From Candidatus Thalassarchaeaceae archaeon (GTDB lineage Archaea; Thermoplasmatota; Poseidoniia; Poseidoniales; Thalassarchaeaceae), in assembly GCA_023700245.1 (NCBI GenBank), contig JAJPRE010000002.1, forward strand, positions 34,363 through 98,362: DNA of 64,000 nt, read 5' to 3'. Within the stretch, counting starts at the first letter, position 1. Every line of letters starts with the position of its first letter. The position numbers and the translations under genes were made by a program. This document shows, piece after piece, positions 51,253 through 60,746 of this stretch. The notes beneath the pieces were generated by a model. The model saw only the letters and a program-made list of their open reading frames with translations. It made no database searches and was not told the DNA's origin.

Positions 51253-51262
51253 CATTATATAA
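51253..51262 (+). promoter_or_regulatory. TATA-like box (cattatataa) about 25-30 nt upstream of the giant ORF ATG
   Basis: Sits in the 77-nt gap between the 978-aa and 2980-aa genes, which implies an independent, leaderless transcript. Confidence 0.4.
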
Positions 51263-51286
51263 CCCCCCAGAAATGAGGATAGCATC

Positions 51287-54200
51287 ATGAATAGGATTTT
51301 ATTAAATTCTGATGCAAATATAACCAACAGAAAAAAGAAATCAGCAGTATTTTTTAGCATTATAATGGTTTTTTCAAGTTTTCTCGCCATGGAATATGGT
51401 ATATGGGAGGCTATGGCAACCACTGATCAAGATGGCGATGGGTTGAGTTATGGTATTGAATTTTTTATTAATACTCAGCCACAAGATTTTGATACTGATA
51501 ATGATGGTTTACCTGATGGTTGGGAATGGCAATATGGACTTGACCCATTATCTTCAGTAGGAAACAATGGGTCTACAGGAGATCCAGATTTAGATTCCTT
51601 GACTAATTTAAATGAGTATTTATATTCAATTCCTTCAAATTGGGATTTTTCAGGTACTCCAAATGTATTGGATAATGGCGTATGGTGGAATGGCACCGTT
51701 CCCGTTAGTAATTGGGATGAAGAAAGCGCAATGCAACTTCTACAAGGGTCTGGTAGTGATGGGTTTGATGAAGATCCAATGGGGAATATTTGCACCGACT
51801 CTTTTGATAATGATAAGGATGGTTTAGTCGATTCTTTTGATAATGATAATGATGGAGATGCTGATTGTTCATCTGATGACGATGACGGAGATGGACTAAT
51901 AGATGAAGATAGAAATGGCTGGGATACTGATGGAGATGGAATGCCCGATGGGTGGGAGGTTGCACACAACTTAGATCCAACTTCAAACTCAAATATGGAC
52001 GGTACTTTTGGAGATCCGGATAATGATGGTTTGATTAATTTGTATGAATATGTAAACCCTGCTTGGAATACTAGGAACGGATCAACATTCCCTCCAACTC
52101 AATATTTTAGACCAGGGCCTGACAATATGTCGTTTACAACGTCTCCTTGTAATCCAATGCTGGAACTGGGGCCGGGGGGGTGTCAATTTCTGACTGCAGA
52201 GGTTGATGGAATAACGCAAACCGACCCTCAAAGTAATGATACTGATTTAGATGGATTAAATGATTCCTATGAAGCTTTGATTTTACTTACAGATCCAACA
52301 TCACCAGACACAGATGGAGATGGAATAAATGATGGTATTGAAGTAAATGGCCAGTATGGAGATCCAGAACAAGGGTCCAATCCGCTTGACAATAATACTG
52401 ATGGGGATTACCTCGAAGATGGCGAAGAAGATCTAAATGGAAATGGGCTGATCGACGTCGGAGAAACAGATCCTACTCGGATAGAGGATGATGGCGATTT
52501 CGATGGCGATGGATTACAAAATTGGGAAGAAAATCTAACTTGTACATTATGGAATTTAGCTGATAGCGATGGAGGAGGTGCCACCGATGGAGAAGAACTT
52601 GATTTCATGAGGGCTACAAATCCATGCATGTCATATGTGAATTTAGAATTTTCAATATTAAATTATGATATATCTACAAAAGAACTAACTCTTAATTCCA
52701 CTGATGGGATTAATCCAAATCCAATTGACTGGAGGCAAACAGATTATCCAATGGCATATTATAATAATACTTCAGGTGACTTAACGGGATTTAGATTCGT
52801 AAGTATTTTTGGTAATAGTCTTAGAGGTATTGATTTAGATATGCCATTAGGAACTTCAACTATAATTATTACTAATGGATCATGGTGTTGGAATGCTACT
52901 GTTGGGGCAATCAATGATCCTCATTGCGATGACGATTACTCTGATTTAGATTCAGATGGATTGGCAGATTGGGAAGAACTAGTTGGAACTTGGGGATACA
53001 TCTCAAATATAAATATGTCAGATTCGGATGGAGATGGAGTAAATGATTTATCTGAAATACAAAATTTAACAGATCCTTTGGAGCCCTGCGACAATATATT
53101 GGATTCAGATATGGATGGATTAAATAATTATTTTGAAAATAACACTGGCTGCAGTTTGTCGTTTGGAATTACTCAAGGAAATTTGACCCAAGATAGTTAT
53201 ATTACTCTTTGGAATCAATCTGATTCCGACAGTGGAGGAGTTACTGATGGTCAAGAATACCTCGATGGCACTAATCCTCAAAATAATCCTAATGATGATA
53301 TTAATCCAACAGATACAGATGGTGATGGAATTCCAGATACTATTGAACAAGATATAGGAACAAATTGGCTAGATCCGGATACTGATGGCGGCGGCATTCC
53401 TGATGGCCAAGAGTGTCCTGAATCTTTTTGGATTAATGATTGTGTAGATGCACCCACGGATCCTTTTAATTCTTCAGATGATATCTTATATAATTCATTA
53501 TTCTTTTCAGCATATAATCTCTCATCAGGCCTTGACACAGGCATGAAACATTACTGGAGATGGCACACATATGATAGTTATACGGGAGTTTCTTGGGGGG
53601 TAAATTCAAGCCTCATCGGAAATACTCTTATTACTCCCTCATCGAACATAAGTCAAGGTGTAGCAGATTCTTCATTTTGGAACTCTTCTTCTGCTCTTGA
53701 CTGGCAATTAGTTTATCAAGATGGAATTATGGCCCCAGGAATTGAATTAATATCTCCATATAATTCATATGAATTTGACAGTTGGTCTGATGCTTCTGCA
53801 GGATTAAATTTTTCAAATTATACTCGTGATATCATTATTGACAATTCTAATATTGAAAACTTATATGTTTCGGCACCAGAAATAATATTGGGCCCTCAAA
53901 TAAGAGATAATTCGACAATTTTTTCTGGAAGTAGTTATGCCACATCTTTACCAGAATCATACTTGAATGATTATGGCATTCAAGTAAATAATATAACTCA
54001 GCAAATAATAAATAACTCCGGAGCTGTTTCAGCATGGGATAAAATTATTGCTATTCAAGATTTTATAATTAATGGTAATGAAACTATAACATTTTTACGT
54101 AACCATGATGGCTCTTCTAGGCCCAATAATGCCGGGATAGATAGCGATATTTCAAATTGGATTTTAACTTCTTCATTTGAAGGAAGTTGTGATGAATTTA

Positions 54201-57200
54201 CATCTCTATTTACAGTTATGTTACGCCATGCAGGAATGCCAACTAGAAAAGTTACGGGATTCTCAGGAGGAGAATGGACTGGCAAATCATATGACGTCTA
54301 CGGAGGTGATTTTACATGGTGGGCAGAAGTACATCTACAAACTAATCAAAATCAAGGAAACTTAGATCTGGGTTGGATACCCTTTGAAGCGTGTCCGCCG
54401 TTGTCCTTGGTTGAGGTCTTGGATGTATCATGGTCTCCAGATGTTCTTGGACGGGATTTGAATATTGGCCAAAATATTTCTGTTCAAGGGACATTGCAAT
54501 TTGTTACCAACTCTACTTCCGTATCTGATATAACACTCTCATTATACTTGGTTTCCCCGCTGGATATATCTGATATACCTGGATCTGCTGCAATTCCTGA
54601 ACATCTTGTCGCAACTACAACATCTGATTCAAACGGATTTTTTAATTTATCTGGATTACCAGCCGAAATTCTCAGTCCCGGCTATGCCTCTTTAGTCATT
54701 CAAACTTCAAAGAAAAATTATGTTGGAAACCAAGGAATCTCATTTTCTTGGATGATTAATATAACAGATGATGTTAATTTATCTATTCTTGATCCATTCC
54801 CAGTTGATCAACCAATGATAGGCGTTGGAGTCAATACAACCATTTCTGGTCAAATGTCTTGGAAAAACGATCCTAAAATCGATCCAACTACAGTTGATAA
54901 TCTACAATTAGAATTAATTTATTCTACTTCATTAGATGGTAATGTAGAATTAATTAGTGACGTAGGACCAGGGGGATATTTTGAATTTATAATCTCATTA
55001 CAAGACCAAGAGCCCTTAGGGCTAATTAATGCTTCATTGGAGTTTTCAGGATGGCATCAAGATGATTTGAATAATGACTCCAATCCAACATATCATGCAA
55101 TGCCCAATATATATTCATTCATGTTTGAAGTAACTCCATCTCCGAATATGACAGTAGTTTTAGAAAGTAAAAATTCTAACAACTCTATCATTGATATCGA
55201 CTCAAATATATTTTTAAATGGGTCAGTATTAAGTAGAGGATTAAGTCAAGATGCACTGAATGGAACTGTTTATCTAGATATGCGCAAATCCAATTTTAAT
55301 GGCCCGTTTATCGGTATTAAATCATGGCAACTAAACAATTCTTCTTGGATCGATGATCCCGGTAATTTTTCAATTAATTGGCTATTTAATGCCTCAGAAG
55401 TTCCAATACCCGCTGGACCAGTCGAAGTAAGAATTAGATTTGACGCCGATATTTTAACTTCTAATGACCAGGAAATATTTACCGATATTTATGGGATAAG
55501 GAGTAATATATTCTTCAATTATTCTCTTGCTTCAAAAATGAGAGGTATAGCTGCAGAAGTAGATGTAATATTGACTGATCATACAGGTACTTCACTTGCA
55601 AACTTTGAAGGCAATTATAGATTAGAATTTAATGGCGAAGAAGTTTGGAATATTACTGACCCAATTAACCCTAAGTTACTAGTAAGTTGGACGCCCGCTC
55701 TTGCCACTATTCCGGATGATTATAATTGGTCATTGTTCTATAATGGTTCAAAATGGTTAAATCCAAATAATTCTATTGATGAAATAAGGATAAAGGGAAG
55801 AGGTAATGTTACTACGAATTTGGGCTTCGAATGGTCACAAGGAGGCAACCTATCTTCTCAAAATTGGGTCAGAGGTTTTACTAATGATATAATGTCCAAT
55901 AATCCAATTATTGGAAATAACTCCTCCATAACTTTGTCACTACATGTTCCAACAGATTTACCCCCTACTCCTGATGGTTTTCCTTCTCCTCCAACTATAT
56001 ATGTCTTATCTAGCGACTGGATAGATGTGCAAACAGGTGAATATAATTTATCTTTCATAATGCCGGGAGATGTTGGTTCAGGAGCTTATGAATTATACTT
56101 AGAATTAGATTTTAATCTAAATCCCCCTCCTGGAGGTATATTTTACCAAGACACATCACCCGTCTTAGTAAATGCTGGAATACAAACTGAATTCATCGTT
56201 GAATTAAATTCTTCTGTAGCCATAGTCACCGCAGGGAATACTCTCAACTTAAATGCATCAATCAGTGATTTTGCCGATTCATCACGACTAGGTGATATTA
56301 CTGTAGAATTATATTTTGACTGGGGAGGTAACTCTCAACAATTACTTGATTCTACTATTTCAAATTCCGATGGTGATGCACTATTTGACCCAATAATTCC
56401 TGTTAATACATTACCAGGTTATTATCAAATTCGAATTTTAGCACCTGATGATATAGATGATAATTTGTCTGATATTGGTGCAGGAAGATGGCTTGAAGGT
56501 GAAGATTTTGCTAACTTAACCGTCCGAGTCGGAAGTGTAATTGAAATAGATTCAATACCTGCTGAAGTCACTGCTCTACAATATTTTACAGTTTCCGGTA
56601 GAGTGATGGATTCTGTTGATGCAAACAGGACTGTACAGGGCCCCGTTGAAATAGAAATTTTCTTTTTAGATGATCCGAATGAAATTTTAATTACTGATTT
56701 CACCACCAGTAATAATGGTAGTTTTACCGTTTCGGTTCCTACGGATGTATTGGGTAACGGCGTAACTAGCGGGGTCAGAACTCTAATTATTAGTGTAGTA
56801 AACGACTCCAGTCCATTCTATTTATCTGGAACTGGTGATACTAGCATATTAGTTCGGGGAATTCCTAATTTTATAGAAACTACTCCTTTAATTAATACAG
56901 TTATAGATAGGGGGACATCTGTAACAATAGGCGGAAGACTTGTGGAATTTAGCGATAATAATATTAATTTAAACGGCCTTCAAGTAGCCGCTAAATTTCA
57001 TGAAACTTGGTTGGATAATAATATTACTGATAATCAAGGGAATGTAAATTTTGATTTCCTTATACCAAATGATCACCCTTTAGGGCTTGTAAATGTAACT
57101 CTGTTTTTTAATGGTTCAAGTACTTTAAACTCTATATTTGAAATAATTAATACAATTTCTATCAGATCATCAACGTCTATTCAAATATATCCAATAACTG

Positions 57201-60200
57201 CAAATCCATTGCCTGGGGATTTCTTTAACGTTACTGGTTCATTAATTTCTAGTAATGGAAGCTCGGTAGTAAATAGGCAGGGAGCATTATTATCTCCTGC
57301 ATTAACATTTTCAATAAATGATGAATCAGATACCTTTACTGTTTCTTCACTATCCTTTTCAGATGATGGTAACTGGAGTGGAATTATCAGATTAGATTTG
57401 ACATTTTCCCGTGGAGTTAATGAAATAATGGTGATTTACACTCCAGATGTTAACTATTATGACTCTAGTGAAAATACCTCTATATTTAGTAGTAGGGGAT
57501 ACTCATTGCTCACAATTTTGGATCCTTCAGATCTAGATTCAGATAGTAGGACAATTAGGGGAGAATCAGTTGCTATAAATATGTCAATAATTGATAATGC
57601 GGGTAACCCAGTTCCATCTGTTCCTTATGATGTAAGTATTGAAGGATTACTGATAAGTTCATCTAATACTGATTTAGAAGGGCTATCGACTACCATTTTA
57701 AATATAGATCAATTCACAAAGGTTGGCCCTGTGAAAATAACTGTTTCATTTAATGGGATAAATAGTACTATTGGACTACTTGGAGATGAAGCATGGACAA
57801 GAATAATAATTTTGGCACCAACTAACTTGAATGCATTGATAGTGGAAGGAGAATTTATAGCCGGTGAGAAAATTACATTTTCAGGAATTCTTACCGACGA
57901 ACATTCAGATAGTCTATTTACTGATGTATCTCCATCGGGAGGAATCATACATCTATTCATCGATGATATTGACGCAGGACCACTCTATACAACTCAATCA
58001 AATGGAACTACAAGATCATGGAGTATTGTATATGATATTCCTGAAGATATGAATTACGGTTTACATACGGCTACAATGAAATTTCTGGGAGGCTTTACTT
58101 GGGTCAATCCAATGGGCCAGGGGGACTCCTTAAATCCTGAATATTACTTACCTTCATCGGATATAATGGAATTTAATATATCTCAAGTATCAAAGGTTAT
58201 TATTACAACGTCAATTACAGACGTCGATCGTAACGATCTCGTCTTGATCGAGGGGCAATTCACTGATCTAGTTAGCAGACCAATTCCCGATAGGCCTTTA
58301 AATGCATATATTGACGAATATTTGTTGACAGAATTATTTGTAAATGAGACAGGATTTTTTAGTATATATGTCCCCATTTCTCCAAATATGAAATTAGGGC
58401 CACGCATAATTTCCGTAGAATTCATGGGTGAAGAATTTATACTTCCATCAAATTCATCAACTGTATTCATTGTTCATGGACCAGTATATCCAATTGTTAA
58501 TTCACTAAATCCCATCGCAGTTGGAGACATTTTAGAAATTAGTGGTTTGGTTAAAGATAACCTTCAGGATGGCTTTCTCCCTAATCATACATTGGAATTA
58601 TTTGTAGATGATGTATTAATTGGCATAACTACATCTACTGACGAAGGATATTGGTATTATGACTATATCATTCCTGAAACTTTAGAAATTGGAAATCATA
58701 CATTCACGGTATTAAGCCCAGAACAAGGTTACCACCGTCAAGGAAATTTTGATACTAATCTTACCGTAGCATATCATACTAAAATTTCATTATCAATAGG
58801 TTCTCAATATGCAACGAGAGGAGATAACTGGAACTTCACAGGCAGACTTTATGAAGATGATACTCAATTTCAAATGGGACTTCAAGGAAGAAATATATTG
58901 GTACTTCTGGATGGTATTGAAATTTCCACTATTACATCAAATGACGATGGGACATTCAATTATAATCATACTCTGGGATATCAAATTTCTCGAGGAATGC
59001 ATGAATTCAAGTTTTCATTTGTTGGCGAATTATTTTATCTAGCATCAAATACAAATATTACTACTTTTGTTAATTCTGATATCCAAATAGAAATCTTACC
59101 AATTACTCATACCATAGTACGAAGTTCAAGTACTCAGCCTATTAAAATTCAGGGCTTTGCTAGAGAAATAGGTGGGCAATTCAGTATATTCGAGAATTTA
59201 TCAATAAATCTATTTTGGGAAAATAGCAATTTACCACTTAAATCTGATCCTTGGGCCAACTCCGGAACATTAAATTTTCAAATTATTTCTACCGCTCGAC
59301 AGTTTATGTTACCAGGAATAAATACTCTTGATTTAATTATTGAATCTGATGAAAATAGATATCTAAATGGTGCATCTATAGAAATTGATGTATTGGTTCT
59401 TGTCCAAATAGACTTTGATTTCTCTGATCTCGGCCTAGTTAATGGTCAGAGGATTTTGCAAGGTTCTGTGAATCTAACAGCTAATGATACGGGTGAAATG
59501 TTACCTGGAGTCTCTATGTCTGCTTTATTATTGAATGGTTCAACAACTCATTTTTCATCTACAAAACTAACTGATGAAAATGGGAGATTTAACTTTGAAT
59601 TTAAAGCTCTTTCGCCCTTACCGCCTTTATCGGATAAATTAATTTGGGGAGATTTAAATGTACAAATTAGTTCTAATTCAATATTTATTGATCCAATCAG
59701 CCTATCCAACTTAGCATTACAAGGGCACATGGAAATTATTTATGAAGAACCAGATTCTGAATATATTTTTGGCCCATTTATGTTGATAATAGGATCTATA
59801 TTGATCGTATCTCTACTGATAACTTCCTTCATATTATATGGTCGGCGTAAAAAATCTGAGTTATCGGAAATTGCAAATATTTTTAGTTATGCATCAGAAC
59901 TTTTAGCCGCAGGTGATGAAGTACGTTCTTCAATTTTTATCTGTTATCAAAACCTTTGTGAAGTACTGATGCAAAGAGGATTTTTAAGGAGAGGATTTGA
60001 AACTGTTAGGGAATTTGAATTAGCTATTAGAACAGCTTTACCTGAAATACGCGAAGAATCACTAATTGCGTTAGATCGTATTTTCGAAGAAGCCAGATAT
60101 TCAAGCCATATTTTGGGTGAAAATCATCGAAGTAATGCAACACTTGCACTGACCTCTGTAGTAAATGAAATCAACTCTCTTGAGGAAATACCAAATCGGG

Positions 60201-60229
60201 AAAATGAAATAGTTTCGGACATTAAGTAA
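51287..60229 (+). CDS. Giant (2980 aa) surface protein: signal anchor, TSP3-like Ca-binding repeats, transglutaminase-like core, Ig-like repeats, TM, and a cytoplasmic DUF4129-like tail
   Basis: Uninterrupted 8.9-kb frame. DxDxDG(L/I)PDGWE repeats span aa 45-720. The TGase core has GSCDEFTSLFTVMLRHAGMPTRKVTGF (Cys968) and FTWWAEVHL (His1016). About 1,900 aa of roughly 100-aa repeats follow. The TM is FMLIIGSILIVSLLITSFILYGRRKK. The tail contains TVREFELAIRTALPEIRE and IFEEARYSS. Confidence 0.75.
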   Translation: MNRILLNSDANITNRKKKSAVFFSIIMVFSSFLAMEYGIWEAMATTDQDGDGLSYGIEFFINTQPQDFDTDNDGLPDGWEWQYGLDPLSSVGNNGSTGDPDLDSLTNLNEYLYSIPSNWDFSGTPNVLDNGVWWNGTVPVSNWDEESAMQLLQGSGSDGFDEDPMGNICTDSFDNDKDGLVDSFDNDNDGDADCSSDDDDGDGLIDEDRNGWDTDGDGMPDGWEVAHNLDPTSNSNMDGTFGDPDNDGLINLYEYVNPAWNTRNGSTFPPTQYFRPGPDNMSFTTSPCNPMLELGPGGCQFLTAEVDGITQTDPQSNDTDLDGLNDSYEALILLTDPTSPDTDGDGINDGIEVNGQYGDPEQGSNPLDNNTDGDYLEDGEEDLNGNGLIDVGETDPTRIEDDGDFDGDGLQNWEENLTCTLWNLADSDGGGATDGEELDFMRATNPCMSYVNLEFSILNYDISTKELTLNSTDGINPNPIDWRQTDYPMAYYNNTSGDLTGFRFVSIFGNSLRGIDLDMPLGTSTIIITNGSWCWNATVGAINDPHCDDDYSDLDSDGLADWEELVGTWGYISNINMSDSDGDGVNDLSEIQNLTDPLEPCDNILDSDMDGLNNYFENNTGCSLSFGITQGNLTQDSYITLWNQSDSDSGGVTDGQEYLDGTNPQNNPNDDINPTDTDGDGIPDTIEQDIGTNWLDPDTDGGGIPDGQECPESFWINDCVDAPTDPFNSSDDILYNSLFFSAYNLSSGLDTGMKHYWRWHTYDSYTGVSWGVNSSLIGNTLITPSSNISQGVADSSFWNSSSALDWQLVYQDGIMAPGIELISPYNSYEFDSWSDASAGLNFSNYTRDIIIDNSNIENLYVSAPEIILGPQIRDNSTIFSGSSYATSLPESYLNDYGIQVNNITQQIINNSGAVSAWDKIIAIQDFIINGNETITFLRNHDGSSRPNNAGIDSDISNWILTSSFEGSCDEFTSLFTVMLRHAGMPTRKVTGFSGGEWTGKSYDVYGGDFTWWAEVHLQTNQNQGNLDLGWIPFEACPPLSLVEVLDVSWSPDVLGRDLNIGQNISVQGTLQFVTNSTSVSDITLSLYLVSPLDISDIPGSAAIPEHLVATTTSDSNGFFNLSGLPAEILSPGYASLVIQTSKKNYVGNQGISFSWMINITDDVNLSILDPFPVDQPMIGVGVNTTISGQMSWKNDPKIDPTTVDNLQLELIYSTSLDGNVELISDVGPGGYFEFIISLQDQEPLGLINASLEFSGWHQDDLNNDSNPTYHAMPNIYSFMFEVTPSPNMTVVLESKNSNNSIIDIDSNIFLNGSVLSRGLSQDALNGTVYLDMRKSNFNGPFIGIKSWQLNNSSWIDDPGNFSINWLFNASEVPIPAGPVEVRIRFDADILTSNDQEIFTDIYGIRSNIFFNYSLASKMRGIAAEVDVILTDHTGTSLANFEGNYRLEFNGEEVWNITDPINPKLLVSWTPALATIPDDYNWSLFYNGSKWLNPNNSIDEIRIKGRGNVTTNLGFEWSQGGNLSSQNWVRGFTNDIMSNNPIIGNNSSITLSLHVPTDLPPTPDGFPSPPTIYVLSSDWIDVQTGEYNLSFIMPGDVGSGAYELYLELDFNLNPPPGGIFYQDTSPVLVNAGIQTEFIVELNSSVAIVTAGNTLNLNASISDFADSSRLGDITVELYFDWGGNSQQLLDSTISNSDGDALFDPIIPVNTLPGYYQIRILAPDDIDDNLSDIGAGRWLEGEDFANLTVRVGSVIEIDSIPAEVTALQYFTVSGRVMDSVDANRTVQGPVEIEIFFLDDPNEILITDFTTSNNGSFTVSVPTDVLGNGVTSGVRTLIISVVNDSSPFYLSGTGDTSILVRGIPNFIETTPLINTVIDRGTSVTIGGRLVEFSDNNINLNGLQVAAKFHETWLDNNITDNQGNVNFDFLIPNDHPLGLVNVTLFFNGSSTLNSIFEIINTISIRSSTSIQIYPITANPLPGDFFNVTGSLISSNGSSVVNRQGALLSPALTFSINDESDTFTVSSLSFSDDGNWSGIIRLDLTFSRGVNEIMVIYTPDVNYYDSSENTSIFSSRGYSLLTILDPSDLDSDSRTIRGESVAINMSIIDNAGNPVPSVPYDVSIEGLLISSSNTDLEGLSTTILNIDQFTKVGPVKITVSFNGINSTIGLLGDEAWTRIIILAPTNLNALIVEGEFIAGEKITFSGILTDEHSDSLFTDVSPSGGIIHLFIDDIDAGPLYTTQSNGTTRSWSIVYDIPEDMNYGLHTATMKFLGGFTWVNPMGQGDSLNPEYYLPSSDIMEFNISQVSKVIITTSITDVDRNDLVLIEGQFTDLVSRPIPDRPLNAYIDEYLLTELFVNETGFFSIYVPISPNMKLGPRIISVEFMGEEFILPSNSSTVFIVHGPVYPIVNSLNPIAVGDILEISGLVKDNLQDGFLPNHTLELFVDDVLIGITTSTDEGYWYYDYIIPETLEIGNHTFTVLSPEQGYHRQGNFDTNLTVAYHTKISLSIGSQYATRGDNWNFTGRLYEDDTQFQMGLQGRNILVLLDGIEISTITSNDDGTFNYNHTLGYQISRGMHEFKFSFVGELFYLASNTNITTFVNSDIQIEILPITHTIVRSSSTQPIKIQGFAREIGGQFSIFENLSINLFWENSNLPLKSDPWANSGTLNFQIISTARQFMLPGINTLDLIIESDENRYLNGASIEIDVLVLVQIDFDFSDLGLVNGQRILQGSVNLTANDTGEMLPGVSMSALLLNGSTTHFSSTKLTDENGRFNFEFKALSPLPPLSDKLIWGDLNVQISSNSIFIDPISLSNLALQGHMEIIYEEPDSEYIFGPFMLIIGSILIVSLLITSFILYGRRKKSELSEIANIFSYASELLAAGDEVRSSIFICYQNLCEVLMQRGFLRRGFETVREFELAIRTALPEIREESLIALDRIFEEARYSSHILGENHRSNATLALTSVVNEINSLEEIPNRENEIVSDIK
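51420..53460 (+). repeat. Coding array of TSP3-like DxDxDG calcium-binding repeats within the giant ORF
   Basis: Recurrent gatggNgatgg... codons encoding DQDGDGL, DTDNDGLPDGWEW, DNDKDGLVD, DTDGDGMPDGWEV, DPDNDGLINLYEY, DTDLDGLND, DTDGDGINDGIE, DSDGDGVNDLSE, DTDGDGIPDTIE and DTDGGGIPDGQE. Confidence 0.7.
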
Positions 60230-60236
60230 CTGATTC

Positions 60237-60746
60237 CTAATTACTCAATTCTAGCGTACCTTGGGACCAAACTCCTTTACTAATTTTAATGCTATCATTG
60301 ATCAAGAATTCCTCAATATTACCTCCGAATGTATTCGGTACAATAATTCTTAGATGGGTACGTTTTTCGTTAATTTCAACGATTATATCCTTTGGAGAAT
60401 TTGATTCTAAAGGAATTAAAAAATTAGATTTAAATTCTATAGATTTTGAAATATCCTCAAATATACTTAAATTACGTATTTGTTTTAAAGATTCTTTTTT
60501 GTCTTCCATTGAATCTGATAATTTTGATATCATTTTATTATGGCTAGATTTAACCTCATTTAAATGAGTTAATCCATTTAGAAATGAATCATGCATTTTT
60601 TCTGCGTTGTTATCTAATCCAAAATCTTCATTACTACCCGGGCCATATCTATCTTGTTCTGATTCTAAAATTGATATTTCCAGTCTTTCCCAATCCATGT
60701 TATCAACTTGGCCCACAGGTTCGATGTGCATTAACTCATTGTTCAA
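60237..60746 (-). CDS. Hypothetical acidic 169-aa protein, translationally coupled to XPD
   Basis: ATGA start/stop overlap with the upstream helicase (60743-60746). Acidic N-terminal half with a beta-rich C-terminal half. No confident motif. Confidence 0.45.
   Translation of the reverse strand: MNNELMHIEPVGQVDNMDWERLEISILESEQDRYGPGSNEDFGLDNNAEKMHDSFLNGLTHLNEVKSSHNKMISKLSDSMEDKKESLKQIRNLSIFEDISKSIEFKSNFLIPLESNSPKDIIVEINEKRTHLRIIVPNTFGGNIEEFLINDSIKISKGVWSQGTLELSN

Noticed and set aside
51475-51992. Minus-strand ORFs of 164 and 95 aa, and other internal ORFs inside the giant gene (52408-58470)
   Set aside because: They are antisense or out-of-frame shadows of the Asp/Ser-rich repeats. The 8.9-kb sense frame is far stronger evidence.
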